Notes: generated from the sequence alone by a model not told the origin. A stretch of 45,768 nt of DNA from Candidatus Thalassarchaeaceae archaeon (GCA_030747675.1 JASLKH010000050.1:1-45768), one strand, 5' to 3'; shown: positions 12,101 through 21,138, counted from the stretch's first letter. A program made the numbers and translations.

Positions 12101-15100
12101 GGATACAATCGATTATCAACTGCAAAATAGCGAATATCATTATTTCTGACAACGGTTTCACCGGGTCCACTTTCAAAACTTGCAACTTCGTATTCCAATG
12201 CTGTCAAGTCATGGTACAACGATACCATTTCTTCCATCGAAAGCGCTGTGATCAGTACTTGGCGTGCAAAGGCAAATCGTGCATTCTGGCGATGTAAAGA
12301 TGTCGATACATCACCGAAATCATCGACTAAATCATTAGTGTACCAATAGTCTCCAATGATGTAATGTGTCGCTGAATCACTAAAACCATCGGCATCCCAA
12401 TCGACCTTGCTATTCAAGTCGAAACCAGCCTTTGCCTCTTCTAGAGTATCGTAAATTCCAATTAATTCTCGATTTTCATACAAACGATAACTTGTAGCAG
12501 ATTCCATAGTCCCATCACTTTGGATTTCGTGGCCCTCTGCAAGAACAACATCGTCAGCTGAACCAATAACGGAGTATGCACGGTCTGCGACTGCCGCCCC
12601 ATTCTCTAATTGAGTGACTGCGAGCCATTCATCCCAGCTTGCTTCATTTGGAAGGTGGCTGCGTAGTATGTTACCGAATTCTGCTGTAAAGCGTTCTCCA
12701 TCATCATCATCTGGGTCATCCATGGATTCATGGCGCATATCGCCCTCAGCCAATGTCATAATGAACAGAGCGAGTGTATCATGCTCGCCATCTGCAAGCA
12801 ACATATTACCTGCTGCTGGAATTCCAGATTGGAAATTGTCAGCAACTGTAGGGTGTTGCCCCTGTGCTAGTGCTTGGAACCCATAATCCCACCATGAAAC
12901 GAATGCCGGTCGTTGTGAGAAAGACTGATCGGAATCTTGATGCTCAAGCCAATCATATGCCTGATTCCAATATCGACCATTAAATCCAGGACCGAATGTA
13001 CCCATATACCAACACTGATTTTGTGTACTTTGGCATCGTGAAGTTGAATCTTCACCTACACCATAATCGACATAAGGTGAACCATCAAAAACCGACCATC
13101 CAAATAATTCTGCACGAAGTACGTCAGGCAGAATGTTGTGAATTGTATTATCCAACTCCTTCTCACCTGATTCCCCTCGAGGTATCCCTGAATCTAGACC
13201 ATAAACAGCATGCTGGCTGAATAACATCAGCATTACCATCAGGATAGCAGGTACAGCAGGGTGCTTTCGGCTTGCTCCTATTGTGGATCGAAGACGGGCC
13301 CCTGAACCTGAAACTCCTAATCGGCGCCATGTCTTCACGAATTCCTTAGTTCCACACCAGCGCCATAGGCCTGCAATAGATGCAGAACCCATAATTGCCA
13401 TAATTGGAGTTGCGTTGAACATAAATCGTCCAGCAGACCAAGCCATGTATGCTGCAATCAAAATCCAGACTGAAAGGACAAGGTCGATTTCTTTACGGTG
13501 ACGTAATCCGCGCCAAAGAGCGATTAATCCCATCCCTAATGCGAAAATGAATACAAGGGGACCGAAGTTTGCGAATAATTGGCCTCGGCTTGGCGCCTGA
13601 GCCTCCGCAATTGTTCCGAAAACCTTGTTCTTCGAGAAATAATATCCTCCAGTGAACAAAACATCCCATCCATTGTAAATGTCCAACATTTGTAACAAGT
13701 ATAGACTGAATAGTAAGAATCCAAACAATCCTCCACCCATTACAATAACCATCAACCATGGTTTATCGCGGAATGCTGTGACCACCCAACCGTTGATGAT
13801 AGTGAATCCAAGAATGTAAAACATAGGTTGGAATCCGCTTGCATCCCATATCAAATTCAATTCCATATTGCCGTAGAATGGCAAAGGAAGGAGGAAGGTG
13901 ACAAGCATCATCACAATTGCTGCCGAAGTCAACGGCATACTATCACGACGTCTTAGCAAATTCAAAGCAGTTTGAACAAAGAACGCTGCATAAATAATAG
14001 CCAAACCGTAAACGAATCCTTTCCATCCTAGTGCAACAGTTGCGAAGGAGACACCTGCTAGAATTGCATAAGACATAGCCTGTGCATGTTTCCTAAATGA
14101 TGCCTTTATTCCACTAAAAAGATGCGTTGGGTTCCAGTGTGAATCTGGTAACAATTTGTCATTACCAACTGTGTCTACTGCACATAACCAGAAATAGAAA
14201 CCAAGTGACATAAACAAAATAACAAATGCGTCGTGATCAGCTAATGCAAATGTGCTGTGGCTTACATGACCAGGCATTAGTGCCATTAGCCATGCGCTAA
14301 TTGCTCCTGCACCTGCACCAAAGAATCGACGGCAAGTAGCAGCAATTGGCAGAATAGTTAGAGCGCCATAAATTGCTGGCATTGCGGCGATTGACCACCA
14401 TGCGGCATCATATACATCACCGGCCAGGAATGGATCGAGGATCTTTCCGCCTAATGCCAATGACCAACTGAAAAGGGGTGGTCGTGGATTAATTGAACCA
14501 ACTGGGTACGAACGATCCATGTCGATAATAAAATGGCTATTTTGTGCCAAGATGTAATCGATTGCCCGCTTCATGTACCATGGATCAGACCCACCAGTCA
14601 TATCCCACTCACCTGTACCGTTTGCATTCATTGCAGGTATTACGTTCCACAGTGTTCGTACAACTAATGCTGCCAAGAGGGCTCCACCTACTGTGATTCC
14701 ATACCAATGCTTGGACCACCATTTAGCAGCCATTCCTGCTGTACGGCGTTCTGAGCCCTTGAGTAATTTCCCAGTGAAACCTGCCCACAATACAACTGAA
14801 TTCAGCCAGAAGAATATAGCAAACCAAGTAAGTGTGCCAAGACTACCCGTTAGGAAATTGTAACCACTGAGTCCAAACAAACCCATATCTTGCCATCCAC
14901 CAATACTGTACAGTATCCAGTTAATGCCAACAAGTCCTGCAAGTGTCCGCCAATGCTCAGCCCAACAATAGGCAACGAACAATGCGACAATACCTGTCAA
15001 GAATGCCCAAAAGAACCCAATTTGCTCTCCAAGGAAAATAGCATCTGGGTTCTCAAGACTGTGTAAGTGCCACAAACTGAAACCATGTGCAGCCGCCCAA

Positions 15101-15771
15101 ACGAAAAGGGCTGAAAGCAGTGGAATGCATTCTTTTCCAACCATCTCTGGTAAGTCCCTAAACCAACTTCCTTGACCTGGATTTTGCAAACGACCTCGCA
15201 TTGCTAGAGCTATTAACGCCCCCGTGACAATCGAAAGTACCCACCATGTGAAAAATAAGTACGCAGTTACCGAACGATCTATGTCAATCAGGCTATAATA
15301 GCCCCCTAATGTTCCTTCTGAAGACCATGCATGGCCTGCAGCAGCCACCTGAATTGCATACAAGAAACCGGCCACAATACCGACGAGGATGATTTCCTCT
15401 TCGTGGCGGTTTGCTCTATCAAAAATATGTACACCAATAGCCGTTATTGTAAAAACAAGTCCCAATAAAGCCGCTCCGTCGTAAATATGGAGCAAACCAA
15501 CGGCTCCAATTACAATTGCAAACCCTAGAGACACGAGAGAGGGGCGTGTTCCAACAGGTTCGAAGATAATACGTGGTGCTTTGCCAAGTAATCCACCGGC
15601 CAATAGCACGACGGTCATCATTAGCAATGTGTTCCATTCACTAGCTTCATAATCGACGTAATTCCAAGTAGCACCTACCATCATGGCTAGCATGATTGCA
15701 ATTGTCACAGGAATTGCTAGCAATCCATGCAGCGGATTGCTAGATGTCTCTGTTTCGTTTTTCTCATCCAT
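6196..15771 (-). CDS. aglB: Giant AglB/STT3 oligosaccharyltransferase fused to an extra N-terminal multi-TM region and a long C-terminal array of carboxypeptidase-regulatory-like/CARDB beta-sandwich domains with a terminal TM
   Basis: 3191 aa. STT3 motifs GSDPWYMKR, PRPPLF, DHDAF, TIAEAQ, SWWDYG (12880-12894, W960), ADNFQ, IRYFAVD, NTMISRTY, VKILKY. Confidence 0.9.
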   Translation of the reverse strand: MDEKNETETSSNPLHGLLAIPVTIAIMLAMMVGATWNYVDYEASEWNTLLMMTVVLLAGGLLGKAPRIIFEPVGTRPSLVSLGFAIVIGAVGLLHIYDGAALLGLVFTITAIGVHIFDRANRHEEEIILVGIVAGFLYAIQVAAAGHAWSSEGTLGGYYSLIDIDRSVTAYLFFTWWVLSIVTGALIALAMRGRLQNPGQGSWFRDLPEMVGKECIPLLSALFVWAAAHGFSLWHLHSLENPDAIFLGEQIGFFWAFLTGIVALFVAYCWAEHWRTLAGLVGINWILYSIGGWQDMGLFGLSGYNFLTGSLGTLTWFAIFFWLNSVVLWAGFTGKLLKGSERRTAGMAAKWWSKHWYGITVGGALLAALVVRTLWNVIPAMNANGTGEWDMTGGSDPWYMKRAIDYILAQNSHFIIDMDRSYPVGSINPRPPLFSWSLALGGKILDPFLAGDVYDAAWWSIAAMPAIYGALTILPIAATCRRFFGAGAGAISAWLMALMPGHVSHSTFALADHDAFVILFMSLGFYFWLCAVDTVGNDKLLPDSHWNPTHLFSGIKASFRKHAQAMSYAILAGVSFATVALGWKGFVYGLAIIYAAFFVQTALNLLRRRDSMPLTSAAIVMMLVTFLLPLPFYGNMELNLIWDASGFQPMFYILGFTIINGWVVTAFRDKPWLMVIVMGGGLFGFLLFSLYLLQMLDIYNGWDVLFTGGYYFSKNKVFGTIAEAQAPSRGQLFANFGPLVFIFALGMGLIALWRGLRHRKEIDLVLSVWILIAAYMAWSAGRFMFNATPIMAIMGSASIAGLWRWCGTKEFVKTWRRLGVSGSGARLRSTIGASRKHPAVPAILMVMLMLFSQHAVYGLDSGIPRGESGEKELDNTIHNILPDVLRAELFGWSVFDGSPYVDYGVGEDSTSRCQSTQNQCWYMGTFGPGFNGRYWNQAYDWLEHQDSDQSFSQRPAFVSWWDYGFQALAQGQHPTVADNFQSGIPAAGNMLLADGEHDTLALFIMTLAEGDMRHESMDDPDDDDGERFTAEFGNILRSHLPNEASWDEWLAVTQLENGAAVADRAYSVIGSADDVVLAEGHEIQSDGTMESATSYRLYENRELIGIYDTLEEAKAGFDLNSKVDWDADGFSDSATHYIIGDYWYTNDLVDDFGDVSTSLHRQNARFAFARQVLITALSMEEMVSLYHDLTALEYEVASFESGPGETVVRNNDIRYFAVDNRLYPIGGYQYAEQGLHSGNPTGIFYAPTTLSGLDPDNYLQTVYITQRGDRPEQEMTGLEFEEQYVNDILASQSGTGGDIIELVDVRVDHQESFFNTMISRTYVGYGSTSLGLDSTNERIAQPAQHLDARYYIGTPDTPLTYAKPLPGAMMPHFALANWYVPGATQNELLSANTGVKILKYYSGATLEGDVNLGDVGIVPNAKILIERDAFSGEDDVDSDERTYWIPVTTTVADENGHYSVRVPSGKIRISAFIGDSDLTAARDTMRQADQQIANSWGDDLVIESNQDRQVNPITGILANVSGSIWLGESTIVVNGEDGHSNGVAVLNSDVNVEASGASGTIFWEGEGDFGEQPLANMELRISNIWDETTQNPYIIRTSTGEVEGERQFGPSATGEVTFTGSGTMISEGTVTATDFTGNFTRAILNGHSFTGEGIIDGRGTFVGTIEDATSFTCINGTMPENATYCNLDSNVTDSYLIDGHVEGASGRFTANGTAQFTTALYRETIIGAGVFVVDTSDESLTSYGTINGTGVFQGTGQFSGDMVSPGSFHLVDAIPGKYHVAVLFENGEEAVLHMPLEVPLSKESPAAKNIELTLLGTWIQGEANSMGGDAITGRVNLVNSETPDEDASAPCGEVAWAPCYVETSADGGFGIGPVLEGEYVVTMDMDQDGFDEYRSSPIIVTSDNAGNVTPDNINMIPPMYDVEFTVKGPNGNLVSGMNITFTNQFAPISFDARDNGNGSYNIELATGEWVATSLLDEDSILYEEILIEQDDIIDLELNYVESEWVNGTVMYEPVDDKTTELEPYKNQMVMVQWGGITEDTMTDDNGSFSFQLPLGAEVNLTIHVIVGNRMIGKHFIVGEENLSEPLMPQTTWGASGDLFLYEVGRRYDSQVPGYGQHPFVLETYHEETGVTWHWPVDQNGHFVSYVIDNETSNWVFGINEDILNVEPLNYSVAGADNNTLTLIASPDAVNVTLTPFIDHSLDGNVSNGTTQAIEFTLIQIGSMTGYTVNVSADDAGWDNGSISMNLQAGDWIFETPTLDPSDPANSTSFSTIISVLDDGDESFGAVNTDSKFSVLIGNESTEVNIGFIPQWHTSILLENQLNVPLENWTVDFEEIDGVRSFSLLTDSNGTIVDYIAEGEWFVIVDRFIQDDGTEDNVPQEYRGSIIIDSEQSGIVWTTTESAQFNLSISESGSNTTLSGFTLIANSDDRPGDVFEVGPSDENGLIEARLMPGDWTLSLNRTDSNLRWILENYTITVSAGAAANADVNITLDKWVEIAGNLFWDLNNDDLWNLGEGIADANVTVTGPSFGPVNLTSNNMGTWSVFVPTSDNYTVNAIREGYSPSSTVIEVGYTANSSDMEMDAGVVTIGGMITHSLPSEWNLISDDVEITLLPESGLARTSLSATKVLDNGTWNGTWSAVVEPGAWVLHVTYDGNEGKFAAMELVNAEIADGGELNVTLSTASILNLETSWIDFDGVERNLSDTTLISNPTDLIMANGLTMRWNETVDANGSLNLLLPAGDYSVEASFTTMEQAMEMSYSGGLSAEVVGGGIESPDYVVNFNRRFDHSVMFAIGDNFVNVTQSTTDTDEFTIIAGENEEFLIADIPVIVNYTGNQAVDEFTVSALINGGDAEYWTVVFYNGTNETGAEVWETTRTYTMGIGSPANETTVMMRIVPANQTLAQSYSFGHSLKIKMTNSDGSHSEYELTLRVPQTYGFEVVSDITEEFGIIPGSDDQYEFIIKNTGNGDDQYFFEIGAIPDTPELEGWSVQGAVSVPVGASSAQMYSLNIHSPTNAPDTSFSVWITVTSKDNTSYAPFEIKIKTALPDLSIDDWGVVDTSKSGFAAADSDNTFFVNVENSGDVDAANVVVEILNASGDVVGSKALPVAKGVTESFEIIVNTAPYGIGSENFVLHINTTGFQVVSEPDDVTFAVNIQKEAPEEASFILGIVVLLLFVGIIYMFVKFSGRRGAQPF

Positions 15772-15803
15772 TGTTATTCCCTCTCATAGGTTACTGACTG
15801 CAT

Positions 15804-15892
15804 TCGTTCCACTGTCAGCGACGCCGCGACTTGAGACCCCGTTATAGAGTCTCCTCACGCGCTCGCGCGAGGGAAGGGGCGCAGTGCAACGA
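15804..15892 (-). ncRNA. Candidate structured RNA element (three-way junction) between purD and aglB
   Basis: 57/89 GC. Four helices can be drawn by hand; two G.U pairs work only on the minus strand. No known family recognised. Confidence 0.4.
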
Positions 15893-15906
15893 TTCCGATT
15901 AACCAC

Positions 15907-17169
15907 TCAAAGTGCCCTATAACCAATATCTTGGCGGAAATGTGACCCCTCAAGATGGACCTCTGAAAGCTTCTGATATGCTAAATTACGAGCCTTTAGC
16001 AAAGTCCCAGATATTCCAGTTGCAGCAAGAACTCGTCCGCCACTTGAAATCAATTTCCCGTCCTGAAAAGTTGTTCCTGCATGGTGAATAAAAGCCCTTC
16101 CTTCAAGTCCAGTATATTGAGTGAAATCTCCAGTGATTTCTACTCCTTTGATAGGGGGACCTGGGTAACCTTCAGCAGCCAAAACAACAGTCATGGCAAA
16201 TGCATCATGAAATGTAGGTGTATTTTCGGCCAGCCTACCTTCTGCTACAGCCAGAAATAGGTCACATAAATCACTAGAAATTAGAGGGATTGTCACTTGG
16301 GTTTCAGGATCACCAAACCGGACATTAAATTCAACGACGGATGGGGCCCCATTTGAGTCAATCATTAATCCAACATACAAGCACCCTCTATATGGGACAT
16401 CTTGTGATGAAAGGTATTTGTGCATGGGTTCTACAATTTCTCTGATAGCACGATTACGGATAGATTCAGTCACAACAGGGGCGGGAGCATATGCGCCCAT
16501 TCCTCCAGTATTAAGGCCAGTGTCACCCTCTCCGACACGCTTGTGATCTTGGCTGCAAGGAAGGGGAACAAAACCTGATTCATCCATCATCACCAGCATA
16601 CTTGCTTCTTCCCCTGGGAGAAATTGTTCAAGTAAAACAAAACCATCAGAATCAATGGATTGAGTGATGAATTTTCTAGCCTCATCCAAATCTGCTGTTA
16701 CAACAACCCCCTTACCTCCAGCAAGTACATCCCGCTTCACTACCCATGGAGAACCGAATTTTTCGAGGGTGTCGTCAATGTTACTTTCAATATCTAATCG
16801 TGCTACTTCGGCTGTAGGGACTCCCAATTTCAGCATCGTTTCTTTGGCAAATGTTTTGCTTCCCTCCAGCATTGCACCAGTAGCATGTGGGCCAAAACAT
16901 GGAATCCCATCGGCGCGAAGTTTGTCTGCAAGTCCGTCCACTAAAGGTGCTTCTGGACCCACAATAACCAAATCTGCATTGAGTGCTTTTGCCAAATTAA
17001 CTTGGCCAATTACATCTCCCGCACTTACTTTGTGATTGGTTGCAATACTGGCTGTTCCAGCATTACCTGGAGCAACATGAACTAAGTCTACAGATGGACT
17101 TCCAATTAATCCAATAGCCAAGGCATGTTCTCTACCCCCACCACCAACGATGAGAACTGTCCGCCCCAT
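15907..17169 (-). CDS. purD: Phosphoribosylamine--glycine ligase (GAR synthetase)
   Basis: LIVGGGGREHALA, VGPEAPLVDG, LEGSKTFAK, QDHKRVGEGDTGLNTGGMGAY, EFNVRFGDPETQ, SSGGRVL. Start 17169 (alt 17187). Confidence 0.97.
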   Translation of the reverse strand: MGRTVLIVGGGGREHALAIGLIGSPSVDLVHVAPGNAGTASIATNHKVSAGDVIGQVNLAKALNADLVIVGPEAPLVDGLADKLRADGIPCFGPHATGAMLEGSKTFAKETMLKLGVPTAEVARLDIESNIDDTLEKFGSPWVVKRDVLAGGKGVVVTADLDEARKFITQSIDSDGFVLLEQFLPGEEASMLVMMDESGFVPLPCSQDHKRVGEGDTGLNTGGMGAYAPAPVVTESIRNRAIREIVEPMHKYLSSQDVPYRGCLYVGLMIDSNGAPSVVEFNVRFGDPETQVTIPLISSDLCDLFLAVAEGRLAENTPTFHDAFAMTVVLAAEGYPGPPIKGVEITGDFTQYTGLEGRAFIHHAGTTFQDGKLISSGGRVLAATGISGTLLKARNLAYQKLSEVHLEGSHFRQDIGYRAL

Positions 17170-17207
17170 GAGAGGCTCTAGGTACATCCAGCCTTTGAAG
17201 AATCGCT

Positions 17208-17867
17208 TCAGTAAGGGACTTCTTTCAAACCCAGTTTGTGCCCAATAATATTCGTTATCCTATGAATAATTGGAGTCAAAATAAGTACATACAACATTGG
17301 TTTGAAGAGCACGGAATCACCCAATAAAATCCCTGGGAAAAGAAGTAAACCTAATCCAAATGTAAGAACTGCAAATGGCAAAGTGTCCAGTAAAGGTGCG
17401 CTTGAAGATACATCTCCTTCTCGCTTTAAACCTCGACGCCGTTTGATGAACGAACCGCCCATGTCTCCAATCATACATCCAAAACCTAAACATGCACCTA
17501 CAATGAATGCAGCACCCCATTCACCACCAATCCAAAACCAAGATGTGGTCTCCGACCAAGTCAATGGATCAAGGAATATGCTATCCCCTTCCACTGAATT
17601 CTTTGAACCAATCCAGTGTGTGAATAATCCAAGAAAGCCTGCACAAAGAACTGCGCCTAGCAATCCATTCCATGTTTTGCCATCACCCAATATTCGATTT
17701 CCATCCGAAAGCACTCGTCCAGCATCGATAGGGATTATTGGCCAACCTGTCACCTCAGGTATCCACTTCCCCCCCAACATTGCGCCAGTATTGGCTAAGT
17801 ATCCTGGTAAATATAGCCAAAGAACTAGGATTATACCCCCAAAGCCAGTCCAAGGTTCACCCGCCAT
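17208..17867 (-). CDS. carS: CDP-archaeol synthase (CDP-2,3-bis-O-geranylgeranyl-sn-glycerol synthase)
   Basis: LPGYLANTGAMLGG, PIDAG...RILGDGKTWNG, GDMGGSFIKRR, APLLDTLPF; multi-TM. Start 17867 (track start 17939). Confidence 0.9.
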   Translation of the reverse strand: MAGEPWTGFGGIILVLWLYLPGYLANTGAMLGGKWIPEVTGWPIIPIDAGRVLSDGNRILGDGKTWNGLLGAVLCAGFLGLFTHWIGSKNSVEGDSIFLDPLTWSETTSWFWIGGEWGAAFIVGACLGFGCMIGDMGGSFIKRRRGLKREGDVSSSAPLLDTLPFAVLTFGLGLLLFPGILLGDSVLFKPMLYVLILTPIIHRITNIIGHKLGLKEVPY

Positions 17868-17951
17868 ATATTGTCTAGTAGGAATTAGGCTTTGAGAACT
17901 TGTGCTCTGGAAGCCGTAGCCTTCATGTTGTATATGCATCTAAGCAATGTC

Positions 17952-19796
17952 ATGGGAAGTAAATTGAATCTGCCTTTGCTAATGGCCGCACTGATGTTCA
18001 CAGGGTTAATTCCAATGAGTACTGCCAATTATGCACCTACAAATGGCGGACCTTATGCAGTTGATAGTGATGAAACATGGGACCAGGGTGGTTATCTCGA
18101 TGCACAAGTTGTAATTGAAGCGGGAGCGACCCTTACAATAACATCCAACATTATAGTCAAAGATGGAGCCTCAATAACAGTGAATGAGGGTGCTACGCTG
18201 AACGTTTCAGAGGGTGGACTTAGCGCTGAAAATGGGCCACACGCGGTTCGCCCCATCTCAATTTCAGACTCGTCGAGTTTACTCGTCGATTCCAGTGTAT
18301 CCACTGCTGGTTTTGCTTTGCGCATCATTTCTGCTGCAGATAATTCACTTGAAGGATGGACTGTGAGTTGGGACGATATTACTCCACAAGACATGAATGG
18401 AACCATGCACGAAATTAATTTCACTGCACCAAAAGAAGATTTTAGAATCTATTTTGACTTGCCACCTGGGAACTTAGGGGATCTTGTTATTGACCGATTG
18501 GAAGTTTTCGACATATCGACTTCAGCAACTCATATTACATACGCAACTGATGCTGCTCCAATAGACTGTTTCCTTGCAGGTGATGTTGGTTTCCCACTAA
18601 TCGTCAATGGGAATGCTCATTTTGAAAATAGTTTGATTGAAGGTTCAGAGATAACCATCACAGGTGACGTCACTACTGATAGTTCTGCCTTCAAATCATC
18701 AGGACCAGTAGTTGTTACAGGAGGAGATGCGAGTCTAATTATGTCAGAAGGATCAATTTCATTATCTCGAATGGATCATGACGTTCAACTCGATAGTGTT
18801 GCACAAATCATCTGGGGTGCTGCCAATGGTACAGGTGGATTAATTGATCGTTGGGAGCGTATTGTTCCTGAACAAATTATTCACATCCCTATTGACAACT
18901 TTGCTGCAGGATGCCCCTCAGGGGGATGCGTGCAGTACGATTACCATGGCCTGGGTAGCCCAAATGCAGGGAATACTGGGATTCGTGCACCTGACATTGA
19001 TGGTAATGCCATAGTCCCATCACGGACTGTCGAAATTGGATGGGCTGATAGTACAGATGTATGGAATGAAAATGGTTTTATCGAAATTAAGAAATTCCAA
19101 ATTGTCTGGAATCTTGACTCATCAATTGGATCTTGGAGTGAAGGTGAAATGGTTCCAATGCCCTATGATGTGGGGGTATTCAACATCCTTGAACATCTCG
19201 AATACCCCGTGATTTCAGTTGACTCCGTTGAACTGGAAAGTGATGTAGGTACAATAGGGGAATCAATGGATGTAGTCGTAACTGTATCAAATACTGGAAC
19301 TGCAGCTGCAGCTGTGGCAATTCTTTGCAATATTGCTGAAACTGGACAAAGTGCTGACATGACACCGCTTTATTCATCGATGACATTAGAGCGTGGAGAA
19401 ACTGATTCAATCGAGGCGCTTTGGTCCTATGGGGGTAGTGGAGATGCTAGTTTAGTTTGCTTTGTTAATGAACCCGCTCAATTACTTGATACAAGTGCAT
19501 TCATTACCAACCAAAATCAAACTGGGACTTATGGCGACTCAACGACTGTGGATTGGAGTAGCTCAGATGAAACCGAATTTGACTCTCTACTCATTGTAAT
19601 TACACTCATCATTGTAGTCATTGTATGCTTAGTTGCTGTAGTAAGAATGGCACAACAAGGTGCCTTCGATGACATCACCTCGGACGGTGATGGAGATGAG
19701 GGTGAGGACGAAATTTCCGATGGAAATGATGATGAAGGCGATGGAGAAAGTCGTGTGGACCGCTTCAAAGAATTACTACAGGGTGAAGAAGACTGA
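17952..19796 (+). CDS. Secreted, C-terminally anchored hypothetical protein (beta-helix-like N-terminus, CARDB-like domain before the TM, acidic tail)
   Basis: Signal peptide MGSKLNLPLLMAALMF; VVIEAGATLTI repeats; VVVTVSNTGTAAA (CARDB-like); TM LLIVITLIIVVIVCLVAVV. Confidence 0.65.
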   Translation: MGSKLNLPLLMAALMFTGLIPMSTANYAPTNGGPYAVDSDETWDQGGYLDAQVVIEAGATLTITSNIIVKDGASITVNEGATLNVSEGGLSAENGPHAVRPISISDSSSLLVDSSVSTAGFALRIISAADNSLEGWTVSWDDITPQDMNGTMHEINFTAPKEDFRIYFDLPPGNLGDLVIDRLEVFDISTSATHITYATDAAPIDCFLAGDVGFPLIVNGNAHFENSLIEGSEITITGDVTTDSSAFKSSGPVVVTGGDASLIMSEGSISLSRMDHDVQLDSVAQIIWGAANGTGGLIDRWERIVPEQIIHIPIDNFAAGCPSGGCVQYDYHGLGSPNAGNTGIRAPDIDGNAIVPSRTVEIGWADSTDVWNENGFIEIKKFQIVWNLDSSIGSWSEGEMVPMPYDVGVFNILEHLEYPVISVDSVELESDVGTIGESMDVVVTVSNTGTAAAAVAILCNIAETGQSADMTPLYSSMTLERGETDSIEALWSYGGSGDASLVCFVNEPAQLLDTSAFITNQNQTGTYGDSTTVDWSSSDETEFDSLLIVITLIIVVIVCLVAVVRMAQQGAFDDITSDGDGDEGEDEISDGNDDEGDGESRVDRFKELLQGEED

Positions 19797-19800
19797 AAAC

Positions 19801-21138
19801 CTAACAAGATGATACTGCTTCAAAGGTCTCCCAATTCATATCTTCATCACTGTTTGACTTGTATTCATAGAAAATTGAAGGCATTGTATATCCGCTACCT
19901 CCTGCGGCATCTGGCCCGAATTGTGTTGCGGATACATCTAATTTGTAGCACCCGTAATCATCCAATGCTGTATCGCGATCAAAATACCACAAATCAACAG
20001 AGTCCTGCACATCACCTTCAATCGAGAAGGTTGCAGTTCGTTCACCGATACTAGTCAGTCCACTACCATAGTCCGAATTGTCCCATGTGGCGCGTGTTCC
20101 GGCAACTGAAATTATAGGATAGGATAGCATTTCCATATCGTTATCTACGTAAGTAAAAGCAACGGAAACTGTGTAAGCGCCGCGGATTGACATTGGAACT
20201 GTAGATGCATCCTCGGCAATGGATGAAATTCCTACTGCACCATTAATGTAGAGGCGCTTGACACAACTACTGTAGCTATTATCGCAATTTCCTTCTTCGA
20301 ATGGGTCGATCTCTGCATCAATATCATTCACAGTTCTTGTTAAATTTTGAGATGGCAATGATACAGAACCCGAGGCAGTCCCATCTATACTAGCGAATAC
20401 CTCATACTTATGCTCAGAAAGTTGAGCGACTCCGTCGGAACTGCCTGACACATAATACGCATTACCTGAATAAAAATCATTGGCATTGATGGTAAATGTA
20501 CCCATTTCGCCACCTTCACTACTATCACTCATTTCCACTTCGATTTCATCATCCCACACTTCATCGCCATCATAGAGAACTTTGACATGTACATCCGTTG
20601 TCCCTGCTGAACTGCCCAATAAGCCTGAAGTGTAACGCATTGACATAGTGAATGTGTCGGTAGCATCATCATATTCTGCGTCAACAAGTGTTGTACGTCC
20701 ACTGAAATCCATGCCACCAACATATGGAACAGCACCAAGTAAGAGGTAAGCAACAATCAGAGTCCCCCATTGTGCACCTGTCAATGCTTTTCCTAGATTT
20801 CGATCATTCTTGATGTGCATAAATGCCACACCAAATGATGCTAAGAAAAGTGCTAGTACAGCAAAACCAGAGTACTCAGGTAATGAAGAAAGCATGAAGA
20901 TAAGAATCATGCTAACAAATAACGATCCTGCTGCTGCATACAGCATGATTGGTTTGGAATTTGAGGAGGGGGATGTAGCTGAAAATTTGGACAACAATCC
21001 ACCTGAACCTGATGGCTCTGCATCTAAGACTTTCTTGTGCTCTTTCAAATCGGGATTTTCGGGGTCTCCGGTTGCACTAAACACACCTTCTGGTTCGTCA
21101 TTCTTTTGTTTGGCTTTCTCAAGTAATCCACCTGACAT
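19801..21138 (-). CDS. Hypothetical membrane protein (3 TM segments followed by an extracellular domain)
   Basis: 447-aa ORF; SD AGGTGTGA before ATG 21138; three hydrophobic segments in the N-terminal third; no family recognised. Confidence 0.7.
   Translation of the reverse strand: MSGGLLEKAKQKNDEPEGVFSATGDPENPDLKEHKKVLDAEPSGSGGLLSKFSATSPSSNSKPIMLYAAAGSLFVSMILIFMLSSLPEYSGFAVLALFLASFGVAFMHIKNDRNLGKALTGAQWGTLIVAYLLLGAVPYVGGMDFSGRTTLVDAEYDDATDTFTMSMRYTSGLLGSSAGTTDVHVKVLYDGDEVWDDEIEVEMSDSSEGGEMGTFTINANDFYSGNAYYVSGSSDGVAQLSEHKYEVFASIDGTASGSVSLPSQNLTRTVNDIDAEIDPFEEGNCDNSYSSCVKRLYINGAVGISSIAEDASTVPMSIRGAYTVSVAFTYVDNDMEMLSYPIISVAGTRATWDNSDYGSGLTSIGERTATFSIEGDVQDSVDLWYFDRDTALDDYGCYKLDVSATQFGPDAAGGSGYTMPSIFYEYKSNSDEDMNWETFEAVSSC

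Noticed and set aside
12100-12800. Intein in the AglB segment between WWDYG and RYFAVD
   Set aside because: No C/S-start, His-Asn end or LAGLIDADG motif; it looks like an ordinary AglB insertion domain.
15907-17867. carS-purD-aglB adjacency as a functional pathway
   Set aside because: purD has no plausible role in lipid or glycan synthesis; mixed housekeeping operons are common, so no claim is made.
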